Source: Planctomycetota bacterium
GTDB taxonomy: Bacteria; Planctomycetota; B15-G4; SIAN01
Direction of reading: 5' to 3'
Assembly: GCA_031409275.1 (NCBI GenBank)
Contig: JANNXA010000030.1
Span: 11,507 to 75,506 of the forward strand
Length of the DNA stretch: 64,000 nt
Below are positions 9,145 to 20,100 of the stretch, in pieces. The translations under genes and the position numbers were made by a program. How positions within the stretch are numbered: position 1 is the first letter of the stretch; each line of letters begins with the position of its first letter. The notes under the pieces were generated by a model, which worked only from the letters and a program-made list of their open reading frames with translations, was not told the DNA's origin and did not search any database.

Positions 9145-12100
9145 TCGGCCACCGCCTCTTCGTCGAGCATGACCAGCTCGCGCAGCTGCTCGGTCGACAG
9201 CTCGGTGAGCCACTGCTCGCCGCTGCCGACCACGCGCTCCGCGACCTCTTTCTTGCGCGCCAGCAGCGTGTCGATGCGCTCCTCGAGCGTGCCGGCGCAA
9301 ACCAGCAAGTGGACCTGCAGCTGGCGGGTCTGGCCGATGCGATGGGCGCGGTCGGTCGCCTGCGCCTCGACCGCCGGGTTCCACCAGCGATCGAAGTGGA
9401 AGACGTGCGAAGCGCGCGTCAGGTTCAACCCGGTGCCGCCCGCCTTCAGCGACAGGACGAAGATCGGCGGACCGTCGGGCGCTTCCTGGAAACGGTCGAC
9501 CAGCTCCTGACGTTGGGCGCGCGGCGTGCCGCCATGGAGGAAGGCGACTTCGCGACCGAGCTCGTAGGCGAAGTGGCGCTGCAGCAGATCGCCCATCTCG
9601 CGGTACTGCGTGAAGACGAGCGCGCGGTCGCCGACTTCGACGATCTCGGCCAGCATCTCGGTGGCGCGGTCGAGCTTGCCGCTGCGGCCCGGAAGCGGCG
9701 TTCCGTCGCCGAGCAGATGGGCCGGATGGTTGCACACCTGCTTCAGCTTGGTGAGGCCGGCCAGGATGAAGCCGCGCCGCTCGATGCCGACGGCTCCGCG
9801 CAGCCGTTCGGTCATCTCGTTGACGACCGCGGCGTAGAGCGTCGCCTGCTCGCGCGTGAGGTTGCAGATGACCTTGTGCTCGAGCTTGCTCGGCAGGTCG
9901 GGCAGGATCGCCGGATCGCTCTTCAGGCGGCGCAGGATGAACGGTCCGGTGCGTCGCTTGAGCCGCGCCAGCGCCGATTCGTCGCGACCGACGCGGATCG
10001 GCATCAGGAACTCGCGATGGAACTGCTCGCGCGCCGGCAGCAGCTCCGGGCTCAGGAACTGGAAGAGCGACCAGAGGTCGCCGACGTGGTTCTCGACCGG
10101 CGTGCCGGTCATCACGATGCGCCAATCGGACGGCAGCCGGCGTGCGGCGCGCGCCTGCTTGGTGTCGGGGTTCTTGATGTTCTGCGCTTCGTCGAGGATC
10201 ACGCCGGCCCAGGGCACCGCGGCCAGCGCCTCGCCGTCGCGCGACAGCAGCGAATACGTGGTGACCACCAGCGCGTGCTGCTGCGCCGAACGGGTGAACT
10301 CGGCGTCACGCTGGCGCTCGAGACCGTGGTGCACCATCACGGTGAGGCCCGGCGTGAAGCGCGACGCCTCGCGCTGCCAGTTGCCGACCAGCGAGGTCGG
10401 GCAGACCAGCAGCACCGGCCGCTTCTCGCCCGAGTTGCGCTCGTCCGCCAGCAGCGCCAGCGCCTGGATCGTCTTGCCCAAGCCCATGTCGTCGGCGAGG
10501 CAGGCCGGCAGCCCGAAGCGCCGCAGGAACTTGAGCCACGACCAGCCGCGGCGCTGATAGGGACGCAACTCGCCGACGAAGCCGACCGGCTCCGGCAGCT
10601 CGGCGAAGCTCTCCTTGCCGCGCAGCCCATCGAACAGCTCGCCGAACAGGCCGCCGCCTTCGATGGCCGCCACGGGCAGCGGCGCGTTCTCGCCGCTGTC
10701 GATGCCGAGCGAAAGATGGATCAGGTCCTTCACCTTCGCCGTGGTCGAACTCTGCTTCTTCCAGCGATCGAGCGCGTTCTGCAGCTGCGTCGGGTCGAGC
10801 TCGACCCACTGCCCGCGCAACTTCACCAGGGGCTGCTTCAACTTCGCGAGCGCCTGCAGTTCGGCCGGCGAGAAGGCCTGGTCGCCCAGCGCGATCTCCC
10901 AGTCGACGGTCACCACGTCGTTGAGCGTCAACGCGCCGCTGCTGGCGCCGAACCCCGCGCGCAACTTGCCGCGCGCCACGAGCGGCTGCTTGCCGACGCG
11001 GCGCAACCACCACGCGGGGAGCAGTACCGCGAAGCCCGCCTGCTCCAGTGCGAGCGCGTCGCGCGTCAGGAACAGGTGCGCCTGATCGAGGGTCAGCGGC
11101 AGCTCGCCGCGCGGATCGGCGCCCACGGCTGACGAGAGGATCGGGGAGACGCTCGCCGCCTGGCCGAGCCCGACCAGCGCCAGCTCGCGCAAGGCGACGC
11201 CGCCGCGCCGCAGCGCCGCGCCACCGCGCCCGGCCAGCGCTTCGCCGAGCGGCACCAACAAGCTCGGATCCTCGGTCGCGCGCAACAGGCAGCAGAGCTT
11301 CCAGGTCGGGCCGTCGCCCTCCGGCTCCTCGAGTCGGAAGACCACCCGCACCGGCGCGTCACTCGACAATTGCAGCGGCCGCTGCCAGCCAGCGACTTCC
11401 TGCACGAGCGGATCGCCGTCGTCGCGCAGGACCTTCACCAGCGGCTCGAATCCCAGCAACGCGCGAATCCAGGCGTCGTGCTGCGAGCGGACCGCGCGAG
11501 TGGGGCCGAAGCCTAGCTGGCGCGCCTCGTTGGCGCCCATCCGGACCAGCGTGTCGAGCGCCTCGGCGACGAAACGCTTGGTCAGCGCGCGCGTGTCGCC
11601 GCGCGGCGCTTCCTTTTCGTCGGAGGGCGCCAGTGCGCGCGCAACGGAGGGCATCGCCGCGGCCAGCGCGGCGACCAGCGCGTGCTCTTCATCGCGCAGC
11701 ACGGGCTGCCAGCGCGATTTCACGGTCGCCTCATCGCCTTCGGCGCCGGGCACGAAGCGTCCATCGAGCACCAATCGCGCGACGAAGCGCAGGGCGTGCG
11801 CGAAGAAGCGGACGTCGGCCGACATGCCGCTCGCTGCCGGATCCTCGTCTTCGCTGCGATCGAGTTCGGCGGCGATCTTCGCCAGCAATTCGACGGCAGC
11901 CCGCCATCCCAGCGCCAGTACCGGAACCGTGTGGGGTTGGAGCGTGAGTTCGTGGTGCTCGCCCGAAAGGCGAAGCCGGGCACGTTCGGCGAGCAGCGGC
12001 CCATCGGGCCCGGTCGGCAACCAGAGCGTCGCCTCAGCGGCAGTGGCTCGTTCGGCCGCTTTTCCTGGGAGCAACGCCGTCAGCCCTGCACGCAGCGCAT

Positions 12101-12221
12101 CGTGGTCCACGGGAGCGAACTGCGCCGTCGATTTGCCACCCTGTGCGGTCGTAGTGCCGGGAGTGGAAGCCTCGCCCCACCAAGCGAGTCCGTCGTTCAA
12201 GAAGGCGATATGGTGCGGCAT
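9141..12221 (-). CDS. SNF2-family helicase/ATPase
   Basis: LRPYQ, LADDMGLGKT, DEAQNIKN, TGTPVEN, LKAGGTGLNL and QATDRAHRIGQ motifs. Confidence 0.95.
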   Translation of the reverse strand: MPHHIAFLNDGLAWWGEASTPGTTTAQGGKSTAQFAPVDHDALRAGLTALLPGKAAERATAAEATLWLPTGPDGPLLAERARLRLSGEHHELTLQPHTVPVLALGWRAAVELLAKIAAELDRSEDEDPAASGMSADVRFFAHALRFVARLVLDGRFVPGAEGDEATVKSRWQPVLRDEEHALVAALAAAMPSVARALAPSDEKEAPRGDTRALTKRFVAEALDTLVRMGANEARQLGFGPTRAVRSQHDAWIRALLGFEPLVKVLRDDGDPLVQEVAGWQRPLQLSSDAPVRVVFRLEEPEGDGPTWKLCCLLRATEDPSLLVPLGEALAGRGGAALRRGGVALRELALVGLGQAASVSPILSSAVGADPRGELPLTLDQAHLFLTRDALALEQAGFAVLLPAWWLRRVGKQPLVARGKLRAGFGASSGALTLNDVVTVDWEIALGDQAFSPAELQALAKLKQPLVKLRGQWVELDPTQLQNALDRWKKQSSTTAKVKDLIHLSLGIDSGENAPLPVAAIEGGGLFGELFDGLRGKESFAELPEPVGFVGELRPYQRRGWSWLKFLRRFGLPACLADDMGLGKTIQALALLADERNSGEKRPVLLVCPTSLVGNWQREASRFTPGLTVMVHHGLERQRDAEFTRSAQQHALVVTTYSLLSRDGEALAAVPWAGVILDEAQNIKNPDTKQARAARRLPSDWRIVMTGTPVENHVGDLWSLFQFLSPELLPAREQFHREFLMPIRVGRDESALARLKRRTGPFILRRLKSDPAILPDLPSKLEHKVICNLTREQATLYAAVVNEMTERLRGAVGIERRGFILAGLTKLKQVCNHPAHLLGDGTPLPGRSGKLDRATEMLAEIVEVGDRALVFTQYREMGDLLQRHFAYELGREVAFLHGGTPRAQRQELVDRFQEAPDGPPIFVLSLKAGGTGLNLTRASHVFHFDRWWNPAVEAQATDRAHRIGQTRQLQVHLLVCAGTLEERIDTLLARKKEVAERVVGSGEQWLTELSTEQLRELVMLDEEAVAE

Positions 12222-12426
12222 CCGTACCCGATATGTTCGGAAAAGGCTCTCAACACCCCCGGGGGAACGGCGCATTGTCGTCGCTTGTTGCTTGCGGCTC
12301 AAGCAGCGAGTCGAGTTCCCGGGGAGAAGCGCCTCAAATCGGGGTCGCCAGAGGCGAGGTGCAACGGCTAAAGCGGCGGCGAGCTTCGAACTTCAGTGCC
12401 GTTCTCCGATGGGAGCCCTCCTCGTG

Positions 12427-12894
12427 ATGCCGAGCCGATTCACTCCGATGGTGTGCGCCACCCTTTTTGCGGCCGGCGGTTGTCACGCTCCCGACCGCGC
12501 GCCGGCGACCGCGGTCGCAGCCGCCCCGACCGTCGCTTCGCAGCTGTTCCGGATGGCCGACACGAAGACCACGACGCTGCCCGTCGCGACGCTGCACTTC
12601 GCTCTGGAGAACGCGGCGACCCGCAGCCTGCGCGACCTGCTCGTTGGCTCCGTCGTGCTGCAGCCTGGCCAGCAACTGCACCCGCCGCATCAGCATGCGG
12701 AGGAGGAGTTCCTCTACCTTGTTTCGGGCAGCGGTCGCTGGAGCCTCGAAGGGCGCGAGTTCCCAGCTCAGACCGGAGACCTGCTCTATCTCGAGCCATG
12801 GGCCATGCACGGCATCACCAACACGGGCAGCGAGCCGCTCACCTTCTTCGTCCTCAAGTGGAACGGCAACGGGCAGGAGGTGCCGACCCATTGA
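12427..12894 (+). CDS. Cupin-domain protein, probable lipoprotein
   Basis: HPPHQHAEEEFLY and GDLLYLEPWAMHGITN cupin motifs; AGGC lipobox-like signal. Confidence 0.85.
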   Translation: MPSRFTPMVCATLFAAGGCHAPDRAPATAVAAAPTVASQLFRMADTKTTTLPVATLHFALENAATRSLRDLLVGSVVLQPGQQLHPPHQHAEEEFLYLVSGSGRWSLEGREFPAQTGDLLYLEPWAMHGITNTGSEPLTFFVLKWNGNGQEVPTH

Positions 12895-13613
12895 TCGAAG
12901 GCGGCTCCCGCTCCCGCTTCCCCTCCACCTGCTGGACGGTGATTCGCGACGCTCAGGCAGGCGCCGCCGCGGAACGAGCCGCGGCCCTCGAGCGCCTGCT
13001 GTCGGTCTATTGGCGTCCGATCTACTGGACGCTGCGGCTCGACTGGAACGAAGCGCCCGACGAAGCGCGCGACCTGACGCAGAGCTACTGCGCCTCGTTC
13101 CTCGAACGCGACCTGCTGCACGACGTCGCCGCCGAGCGCGGCCGCTTCCGCAGCTTCGTCAAGGCGACCCTCAAGCACTGGATGCTCGCCCATCGACGCG
13201 ACGCCGCGGCGCGCAAGCGCGGAGGCGGAGTGCGCATCGTGGCGTTGGCCGACCTCGACCCGATTGAAGCCGACCCGCCCGACTCCGACCAGTCGCCCGA
13301 GCAGCGCTTCGAGCGCCAGCTGATGCGGGCGATCCTCGAGCAAGCGCTCGCCGAACTGCGCACCGCCTGCGATCGCGACGGCAAGCTCGACCACTTCGAG
13401 CTCTTCCACCGCTTCTACGTGCTCGAAGCCAGCGGTCATGCGCCGAGCTACGCCGACCTCGCGTTGCACTTCGCCCTGTCCACCCACGACGTGAAGAACC
13501 GGCTCTCCGCGTTGCGCAGCCGCTTTCGAAATCTCGTGCTCACCTACCTGCGCGACGGGTTGAGCAGCGACGACGACTTGATGAGCGAAGTGCGGGCGGT
13601 CTTCTCGACATGA
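12891..13613 (+). CDS. ECF-type sigma-70 factor (kinase-associated type)
   Basis: TCWTVI...ALERLLSVYWRPIY...EARDLTQ...GRFRSF...KRGGG pattern and C-terminal HTH; TTG start overlaps cupin stop. Confidence 0.85.
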   Translation: MIEGGSRSRFPSTCWTVIRDAQAGAAAERAAALERLLSVYWRPIYWTLRLDWNEAPDEARDLTQSYCASFLERDLLHDVAAERGRFRSFVKATLKHWMLAHRRDAAARKRGGGVRIVALADLDPIEADPPDSDQSPEQRFERQLMRAILEQALAELRTACDRDGKLDHFELFHRFYVLEASGHAPSYADLALHFALSTHDVKNRLSALRSRFRNLVLTYLRDGLSSDDDLMSEVRAVFST

Positions 13614-13623
13614 GCCGACCACG

Positions 13624-16600
13624 ATGAAGCGCCCCGACGAACGCGATCGCCCCGCTTCGGACGATCGGCCGCGCGAGCCGTCGCCGGCGCGGCTGGCCGA
13701 CGCGCTGCGCGGTGCCTTCCTCGACGAGGTCGGTCTGCGCGACGCGGCGGCGGGCGGGCGGACGATCGGCCCCTACCTGCTGCTTTCCCCGCTCGGCCGC
13801 GGCGCGAGCGGCACCGTCTGGCGCGCGCTGCATCGCGAGCTGCTGCACGAAGTGGCGATCAAGCTGCTCGACATGCGCGGCGATGAGGCGGGTGCAGGCG
13901 AGCGGCTCGAACGGTTCCGACGCGAGGCGGCCACCGCCGCGAGGCTGCGCCATCCCGGCATCGTCACCGTCCACGACTTCGGTCACGACGAGTCGAGCTG
14001 GTACCTCGTGATGGACCTCGTCGAGGGGCTGCCGCTCGATCGCTGGTTCGAACAGGAGCGCCCGACCGTCGCCCGCCGACTCGCCGTCGTCGAGCAGGTG
14101 GCGCGCGCCGCCGACCACGCGCACCGCCACGGCGTCGTCCACCGCGACCTCAAGCCAAGCAACATCATGGTGCGCCACGGCGACGAAGCGGTGCTGGTCG
14201 ACTTCGGCGTCGCACGCGACCGCTCCGATCGCTCGCTCACCAAGGTGGGCGGCGTGGTCGGCACCTTCGCCTTCATGGCGCCGGAGCAGCTCGACGGCGC
14301 GCGCGAGCCCGACGCGCGTTCGGACCTCTTCTCGCTCGGCGTGCTGCTGCAGTTCGTCGTGACGGGCCGTCCCGTCTTCGTCCACGCCGCGTCTCCCGCC
14401 GATGCGCTGGCCGCGCGCAAGACACCGCGTCTGCTGCCGTCGCAATTTGCCCCTTCACTGACGCCGGAGTTCGACTCGCTGGTCGCGCGCTGCCTCGAAC
14501 CCGACCCGGCGCGCCGACTCGGCGATGCGGGCGTGCTGGCCGACGAGCTGGCGCGGCTGCGTCGCGAGGCCGTGCCGGCGGCGAAGTCGACCCGGCTGCA
14601 GCGATGGCGAAGCGTGGTTACGAGCTTCGCCGTGCTCGCGGTTCTGGTCGCGGGCGTTCTTGCCGCAGAGCACCTCCTCGAGCAACGCCGCTCGCTCACG
14701 TCGCACGCGCGGGCGCTCGCCATCGAGTCGGCCTTGCTCGAGCTGTCACCGCAGTTGCGCCGGCCGCTCGCCCGCGCTGAAGCGGCCCGCTACACGCCGC
14801 TCCCGGAATCGGAGAACCTGCGACTCAGCGCCGAGATCGAAGCGATCCTCGCGGCCAGCGGCGACACGACCGGCGTCGCGGCGGCCTACCACGCATGGAG
14901 CGAGTTCCTGCTGGCGCCCGACCAGGCGGCGGACGCCTTCGCTCGCGCCAAGCGCCGCCATCCCGACAATCCGTTCGTCTGGCTCCTCTCCGCGCGCCGC
15001 CAGCTGCGCCGCGCCGCCGACTCGCCGGCCTGGTCCACGGCGCTTCCGATTTCGTACGAGCTGCTGATCGAGCCGCTCGCCGCACCGGGCACGTTGCATC
15101 AGCAGCCGGCGATGCGCACGATCCTCGCAGACGCACGCGACGATCTCGAACAGGCGCGCCGCACCGCCGTGGTCGAAGCGCTGCCGGGGCTCGAGTGGAT
15201 CGTGCGCCTGTGCGAGGGGCTCGAACGCTTCTCCGCCGGCGATCCGGAAGGCGTGGTCGAACGGCTCGATCCGCTCTGTGCCCATGGCGACATCGACTTC
15301 GAGGCGACGCTCTTCCTCTGCCTCGCCCGCTTCGACCAGCGCCGCGTCTCCGAAGCGCTCGACCGGGCGCGCGCGCTGCACCAGCAGCATCCGGGTGTCA
15401 AACCGGCCACCAAGCTCCTCGCGCTCTGCCTGCAAGTCGAAGCGCGCGACCAGCTCGACGTCGGCAAGAGCCCGCTGCAGCTCCTCGAGGAAGCGAAGGT
15501 GCTGCTGGCGCAGGCCGGCTCCGAGTCGCTCGTCGACGCGATCCTCGTGGCGCAGCTCGACTTCGATCTCGAATGTGCGCGCCTCTACGCCGGCATCACC
15601 AGCGAGACTGCGTGGCGAGCGATCGTCGCGCAGTGGATCGCGCTGCGAGCGCGAATCCTCGCGCAGGAATCGGTCGAGGAGAGCGCGCGCGGCGCCGCGC
15701 ATGCGCGCGTCGGCTGGGCGCGCAACAACCTCGCGTTGGCGACGCTGCATGGGCAGGCTGCGATCGATGAGCAGCAGCGCGCTGCGGACGACTATCGCGA
15801 AGCAGCGCGGCTCGCTCGCAAGCAGGCGTTGGTGCGCGTGCAGGAGGTGCAGGCGCGACTGATGGTCGCGGAGCTGCGCGCCCGCTGGGGAGCGCCGATC
15901 GACCCCACCGAGGTCGACTCGTTGAAAGTCTCGATCGCCGAGCTGCGGCAGCTCGCTGCACCCGACGAATCGCATCCGAAGGGCAATCCGTGGGCGCTCG
16001 CGCAGGCGGAGATCGCGGAGGCCCAGCTGACGCTCTGCGAGGTCGCGACGACGCCGCAGGTCGACGCCGCATTCGGTTCGCGCTGTCGCGAGGCCGCCGC
16101 GCAGGCCCGGCACGCGCGCGCGTTGGCTCCGCAGATCGGCACCACGACCTTCTACGAGTTCGACGCCGAGCTGTGGGCGCGCGTCGCCGAAGCGCAGCCA
16201 GCGGCCGCCATCGCCGCCTTCACGCGCCAGTTGCCCTTCGAGAGCCTCGGTGACGGCCCGCAGTGGTCGCGCTGGATCGAGCCGCTCTTCGTTCTGGCCA
16301 ACGATGTCCGCTGCGACAACCGTCTCGCGCTGCTCGATGCGGCGGACGCGGCGATCGCGCGCATGCAGCGAGCCGTCCCCGATTCGTCGGTGTTCCCAGT
16401 CGCGGCGGTCGAGGCGCTGCTGCGCCGTCGATGGCTCGATCCGACGAACGCGATCGCCCCCATCGAGGCCGCGCTCGCCCATGCATCGGCGGCGCTCGAC
16501 CGCGATCCGACTGCTCGCACCTTCGCCGAGGCGAAGGCGTTCGCGCTGCTGATGCTCGCCGAGCTCGGCGGCAGCGTGGCACGCGACTACGACGAGTGCT

Positions 16601-16860
16601 TGGCGCAGGCGGAGCAGGCGCTCGCCGTCGCGTGCCGCGAGCAGGTCTCCGTGCGCGCGCAGCTGCTGCGCGCGCGACTCGCGGTCGAGCGCGGCGATGC
16701 GGCGGCGGCCGCCGAGGCGAAGGCGCAGCTCGATGTCGCAATCGCGCGCGACCTCGAATCGGCCTACGCCGCGCGCTCGTGGGTCGACGTGATCCAGCCG
16801 CGCCTCGACCACGCCGACGATCAAGCGCTCGCCGCCGTCTGGCGCTCGCTCCTCCCGTAA
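13624..16860 (+). CDS. Hanks-type Ser/Thr protein kinase with TM segment and TPR-like helical C-terminus
   Basis: LGRGASGTV, VAIK, HRDLKPSN, DFG, FMAPEQ and SDLFSLG motifs; hydrophobic stretch at about aa 330-345. Confidence 0.92.
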   Translation: MKRPDERDRPASDDRPREPSPARLADALRGAFLDEVGLRDAAAGGRTIGPYLLLSPLGRGASGTVWRALHRELLHEVAIKLLDMRGDEAGAGERLERFRREAATAARLRHPGIVTVHDFGHDESSWYLVMDLVEGLPLDRWFEQERPTVARRLAVVEQVARAADHAHRHGVVHRDLKPSNIMVRHGDEAVLVDFGVARDRSDRSLTKVGGVVGTFAFMAPEQLDGAREPDARSDLFSLGVLLQFVVTGRPVFVHAASPADALAARKTPRLLPSQFAPSLTPEFDSLVARCLEPDPARRLGDAGVLADELARLRREAVPAAKSTRLQRWRSVVTSFAVLAVLVAGVLAAEHLLEQRRSLTSHARALAIESALLELSPQLRRPLARAEAARYTPLPESENLRLSAEIEAILAASGDTTGVAAAYHAWSEFLLAPDQAADAFARAKRRHPDNPFVWLLSARRQLRRAADSPAWSTALPISYELLIEPLAAPGTLHQQPAMRTILADARDDLEQARRTAVVEALPGLEWIVRLCEGLERFSAGDPEGVVERLDPLCAHGDIDFEATLFLCLARFDQRRVSEALDRARALHQQHPGVKPATKLLALCLQVEARDQLDVGKSPLQLLEEAKVLLAQAGSESLVDAILVAQLDFDLECARLYAGITSETAWRAIVAQWIALRARILAQESVEESARGAAHARVGWARNNLALATLHGQAAIDEQQRAADDYREAARLARKQALVRVQEVQARLMVAELRARWGAPIDPTEVDSLKVSIAELRQLAAPDESHPKGNPWALAQAEIAEAQLTLCEVATTPQVDAAFGSRCREAAAQARHARALAPQIGTTTFYEFDAELWARVAEAQPAAAIAAFTRQLPFESLGDGPQWSRWIEPLFVLANDVRCDNRLALLDAADAAIARMQRAVPDSSVFPVAAVEALLRRRWLDPTNAIAPIEAALAHASAALDRDPTARTFAEAKAFALLMLAELGGSVARDYDECLAQAEQALAVACREQVSVRAQLLRARLAVERGDAAAAAEAKAQLDVAIARDLESAYAARSWVDVIQPRLDHADDQALAAVWRSLLP

Positions 16861-16864
16861 CCAC

Positions 16865-17017
16865 CGGTGGCGGGGATCTTTCCTCCGCCGCATCCGCACC
16901 ATCGCGCCCGGGGGAGCCGCCCGATCACCCCGTTTGCGCGGGCGGAGTTCCTCGCGGTCCCGGGGACGGACGCAACGAAGGAGTGCGAAATCGGCGGAGG
17001 AAAGATCCCCGCCACCG
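16865..17017. repeat. Perfect 26-bp inverted repeat flanking a 101-bp spacer
   Basis: CGGTGGCGGGGATCTTTCCTCCGCCG at 16865-16890 and its exact reverse complement at 16992-17017. Confidence 0.92.
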
Positions 17018-17100
17018 ATGCTGCCACCGATGCGGTTTCTAGAAGCGGCGACGCGAAGCGCTCTCCAGGGAGGGGGTCCCTCTCTGCTGGAGCTTTCGCC

Positions 17101-20100
17101 ATGAATCGTCGTTTGGTCGCCGCGGGGGTCGCACTCGCCACCGTCGCACGGATCGCCAGCGCGCAGACCGCCGGCACGCAGAATCGCGACGGTACCTACG
17201 TCAACTTCGAAGAGGCGCCGATCCACCCGGTCGAGCTGGTGGAGAAGCACGCCGAACTCTGGGTGGCCAACGTCGCCGCCGGCACGGTCAGCATCTTCCA
17301 AGTCCCGGGTCTCGTGCTGCAGGACGAGCTGCCCGTCGGCCTCGGCCCGGTCACGATCCGCCAGCGTCCCGGCACCGACGAGATGTGGGTCGCCTGCGCC
17401 TCCTCGGGCGCGCTCTTCATCGTCGATCGCGCCACGCGGCAAGTGATCGACAGCTTCATGCCGGGCGCGCCCGTGCAAGGCCTCGAGATCCCGGCGGAAC
17501 CGGCCGACCTCGTCTTCAGCAGCGACGGCAACCACGCCTACTGCTCGCTGTCGATGGTCAATCAGCTCGTCGAGATCGACACGGCGTCGCGCAAGGTGGC
17601 ACGTCGCTTCGAGTTCGGCACCCCTTTTCCGCAACCGACGGCGCCGCTCGTCCACGCCGAGGAGCCGCGCGCGCTGCTGCTCGACGGCCAGACGCTCTAC
17701 GCGCTCGCCTTCGAAAGCGGCAACGGCACGACCGCGCAGGCCAACCTGCTCGGCTCGACGATGGTCGACATGTGGGATCTGCACCTGAACCAGGGCCTGC
17801 CGCCGCCGCCCGATCGCGACCTCCTTCAGTTCGACCTGAGCAGCGGCGCACCCGTCGGTGCCACCACGCTGTGGCGCATGGGCACGCTCGACTTCGATGT
17901 CGTGCGGCTCGCCGACGGCGACTTCGTGGTGTCGAACCTCGACGCCAACAACCTGCTGCACGGCGAGTTCAACTTCCCGATCAGCGGCATCGCACGCCAT
18001 CGCGTGAGCCGCGCCGCTCCCGCAGTCCTCGGCGCCCCCCTGCCGCAGCCCACCGTCCACATCGATCTGAACGACCCGGCGATGCGCGATCCGCTGTTGC
18101 CGACCGCCGTGCGCTTCGCGATCCCCAACGAACTCGAATCCCTCGGTCGCTCCGGGCTGCTGCTGGTCTGCTGCTACGACACCGCCAACAGCGCCGTGAT
18201 CGACCTCGCCACCAACACGGTCATCGCCGCGCTCGACGCCAGCGGCTTCGGGCCGCGCGGGCTCGCCGTCGACGCCAATGGCGAGCACGCATGGGTCTTC
18301 AATCGCGCCGACGCCACGCTCGACGAGTTCGATCTGACGGCGCTCGTGAATGGCGCCGTGCTGGCGCCCACGGCCAGCGCTCCGGTCGGCTTCGACCCGA
18401 CGCCCGCCGCCGTGCGCAACGGTCGCCTCGTCCACATCGACGCCACGAACTCGAGCAACGGCGTGCAGAGCTGCAACACCTGCCACGTCGACGGCCACAC
18501 CGATCGCATCGCGTGGCTGCTCGGTGACTTCACCGGATCGCTGCCGGACAACCCGGTTGCGCGCGACGACAAGCAGGTGAAGACGACGCAGTCGCTGCGC
18601 GGCATCGAGGAGATCGCGCCCTACCACTGGCGCGGCGATCGGGCCGACCTCGACGCCTTCCAGCCCGCTTTCGAGGGGTTGCTCGGCGGCGCGAAGCCCT
18701 CGGGCACGGCCTTCCGCAACTTCCAGTCGTACGTCTTCTCGCTGACGATGCCGGCCAACCCGCGCCAACTGCCAACGCGGTCGCTGTCGAACAGCGTCAC
18801 CGGGCTCGGCGCCCAGCGCGGCAAGCAGGCGTTCGAGCAGCTGCCGATCCTGCGCGTGGCGCATGACACGATCGCGCCCCACTCGGACCGCCGGCTCACC
18901 TGCAGCGAGTGCCATTCGCTGGAGGGCTTCGCCGGAACGCTGAACCAGATCGTGAACGACGTCACCTTCCCGATCTTCGCGGACCATCCGGCCCACCTGA
19001 CCGGCCTGTTCGACAAGACCAGCGACAACGTCGACTACGGCGCGGCCTTCCCGGTCAACCTGAATCAACTGAACCGGCTGCCCGCCACCGGCTTCGGCCT
19101 GGCCAACAACGGCTTCGCCGACGCGCTCGAGAACTTCGTCCCCGAACTCTTCAACGGCCCGCCCACTGCCGAGGCGGGGATCACGCAGTTCCTGATCGAG
19201 TTCGACTCGGGCACCGCCATCGCCGCGATGTGGAGCTTCACGCTGACGACCGCGAAAGCGGGCGCGCCGGCGACTTCGCCGATCGCGCAGTACCTGATGC
19301 CACAGGCGACCACGGGCAACTGCGACCTCGCCGTCAAGGCGACGGTCCCAGGCGGCGGCGCGAACCGCGTCGGCTTCCTGTTCGACCCGGCCTCGCAGCG
19401 CTTCCTGGCCGATCGCATCGGCGTCGCGCCGCAGACGCTCGCGCAGCTCGATCAGCTGGCGCAGGCCGGTGGTGTGCTCACGTTCCTCGGTGTTCCGGTC
19501 GGCAGCGGCCGGCGGATCGGCATCGACCGCGACAGCGATGACCTTCCCGATGGCGACGAGCTCACCACCTCAACCGTCGATGCGGACAGCGACGACGACA
19601 GCTTCCGCGACGGCTACGAAGTGCTGCACGGCTCGAATCCCGCCGATCCGCTCAGCCTGCCATCGAACCCCGTCGCTCCGGTCATCACGCAGGCGACGTT
19701 GGCGTTCGAGAGTTCGGTGGTCGTGAAGTTCCGTTGGGAGACGAGCGGCGAAGCCAGCAGCCGCATCACGCTGCGCGATCCGACGACCAACGTCGCGATC
19801 GCGACCTTCATCGACCGCCGTCCTGATCGACGCCACGTGATGGTGGTGCGCGCGCTCGAGCCGGGCAGGAGCTACCTCGCCGAGATCGACGGCGCCGACG
19901 CCAACGGCAACTTCTCCGCGATCACGACCATCGCGTTCACGGCCACCGGCCACTTCTTCGAGTCGGTGCACAATGACGACGTCGTCCTGGCCTCGACCGG
20001 CACCACCGGCGGCAACCAGGAGCTGCTGCAGGCGACGTTCACCGTGAAGGGCGAGAACGGCGTCGCCACCGACGGAGCCACCGTCAGCGGTCGCTTCATC

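Noticed and set aside
8224..12221. SNF2+SWIM pair (and the SbcCD-like pair at 32139-36040) as a novel defence system
   Set aside because: Both are widespread gene pairs, and no defence-island or mobile context is visible here.
14746..19068. 1440-aa minus-strand ORF (likewise 45786-49841 -, 23323-26577 +, 42817-45429 +, 2889-4913 +)
   Set aside because: Shadow ORFs overlapping genes with clear motifs; Arg/Ala/Gly-rich with no recognisable domains, as expected in high-GC DNA.
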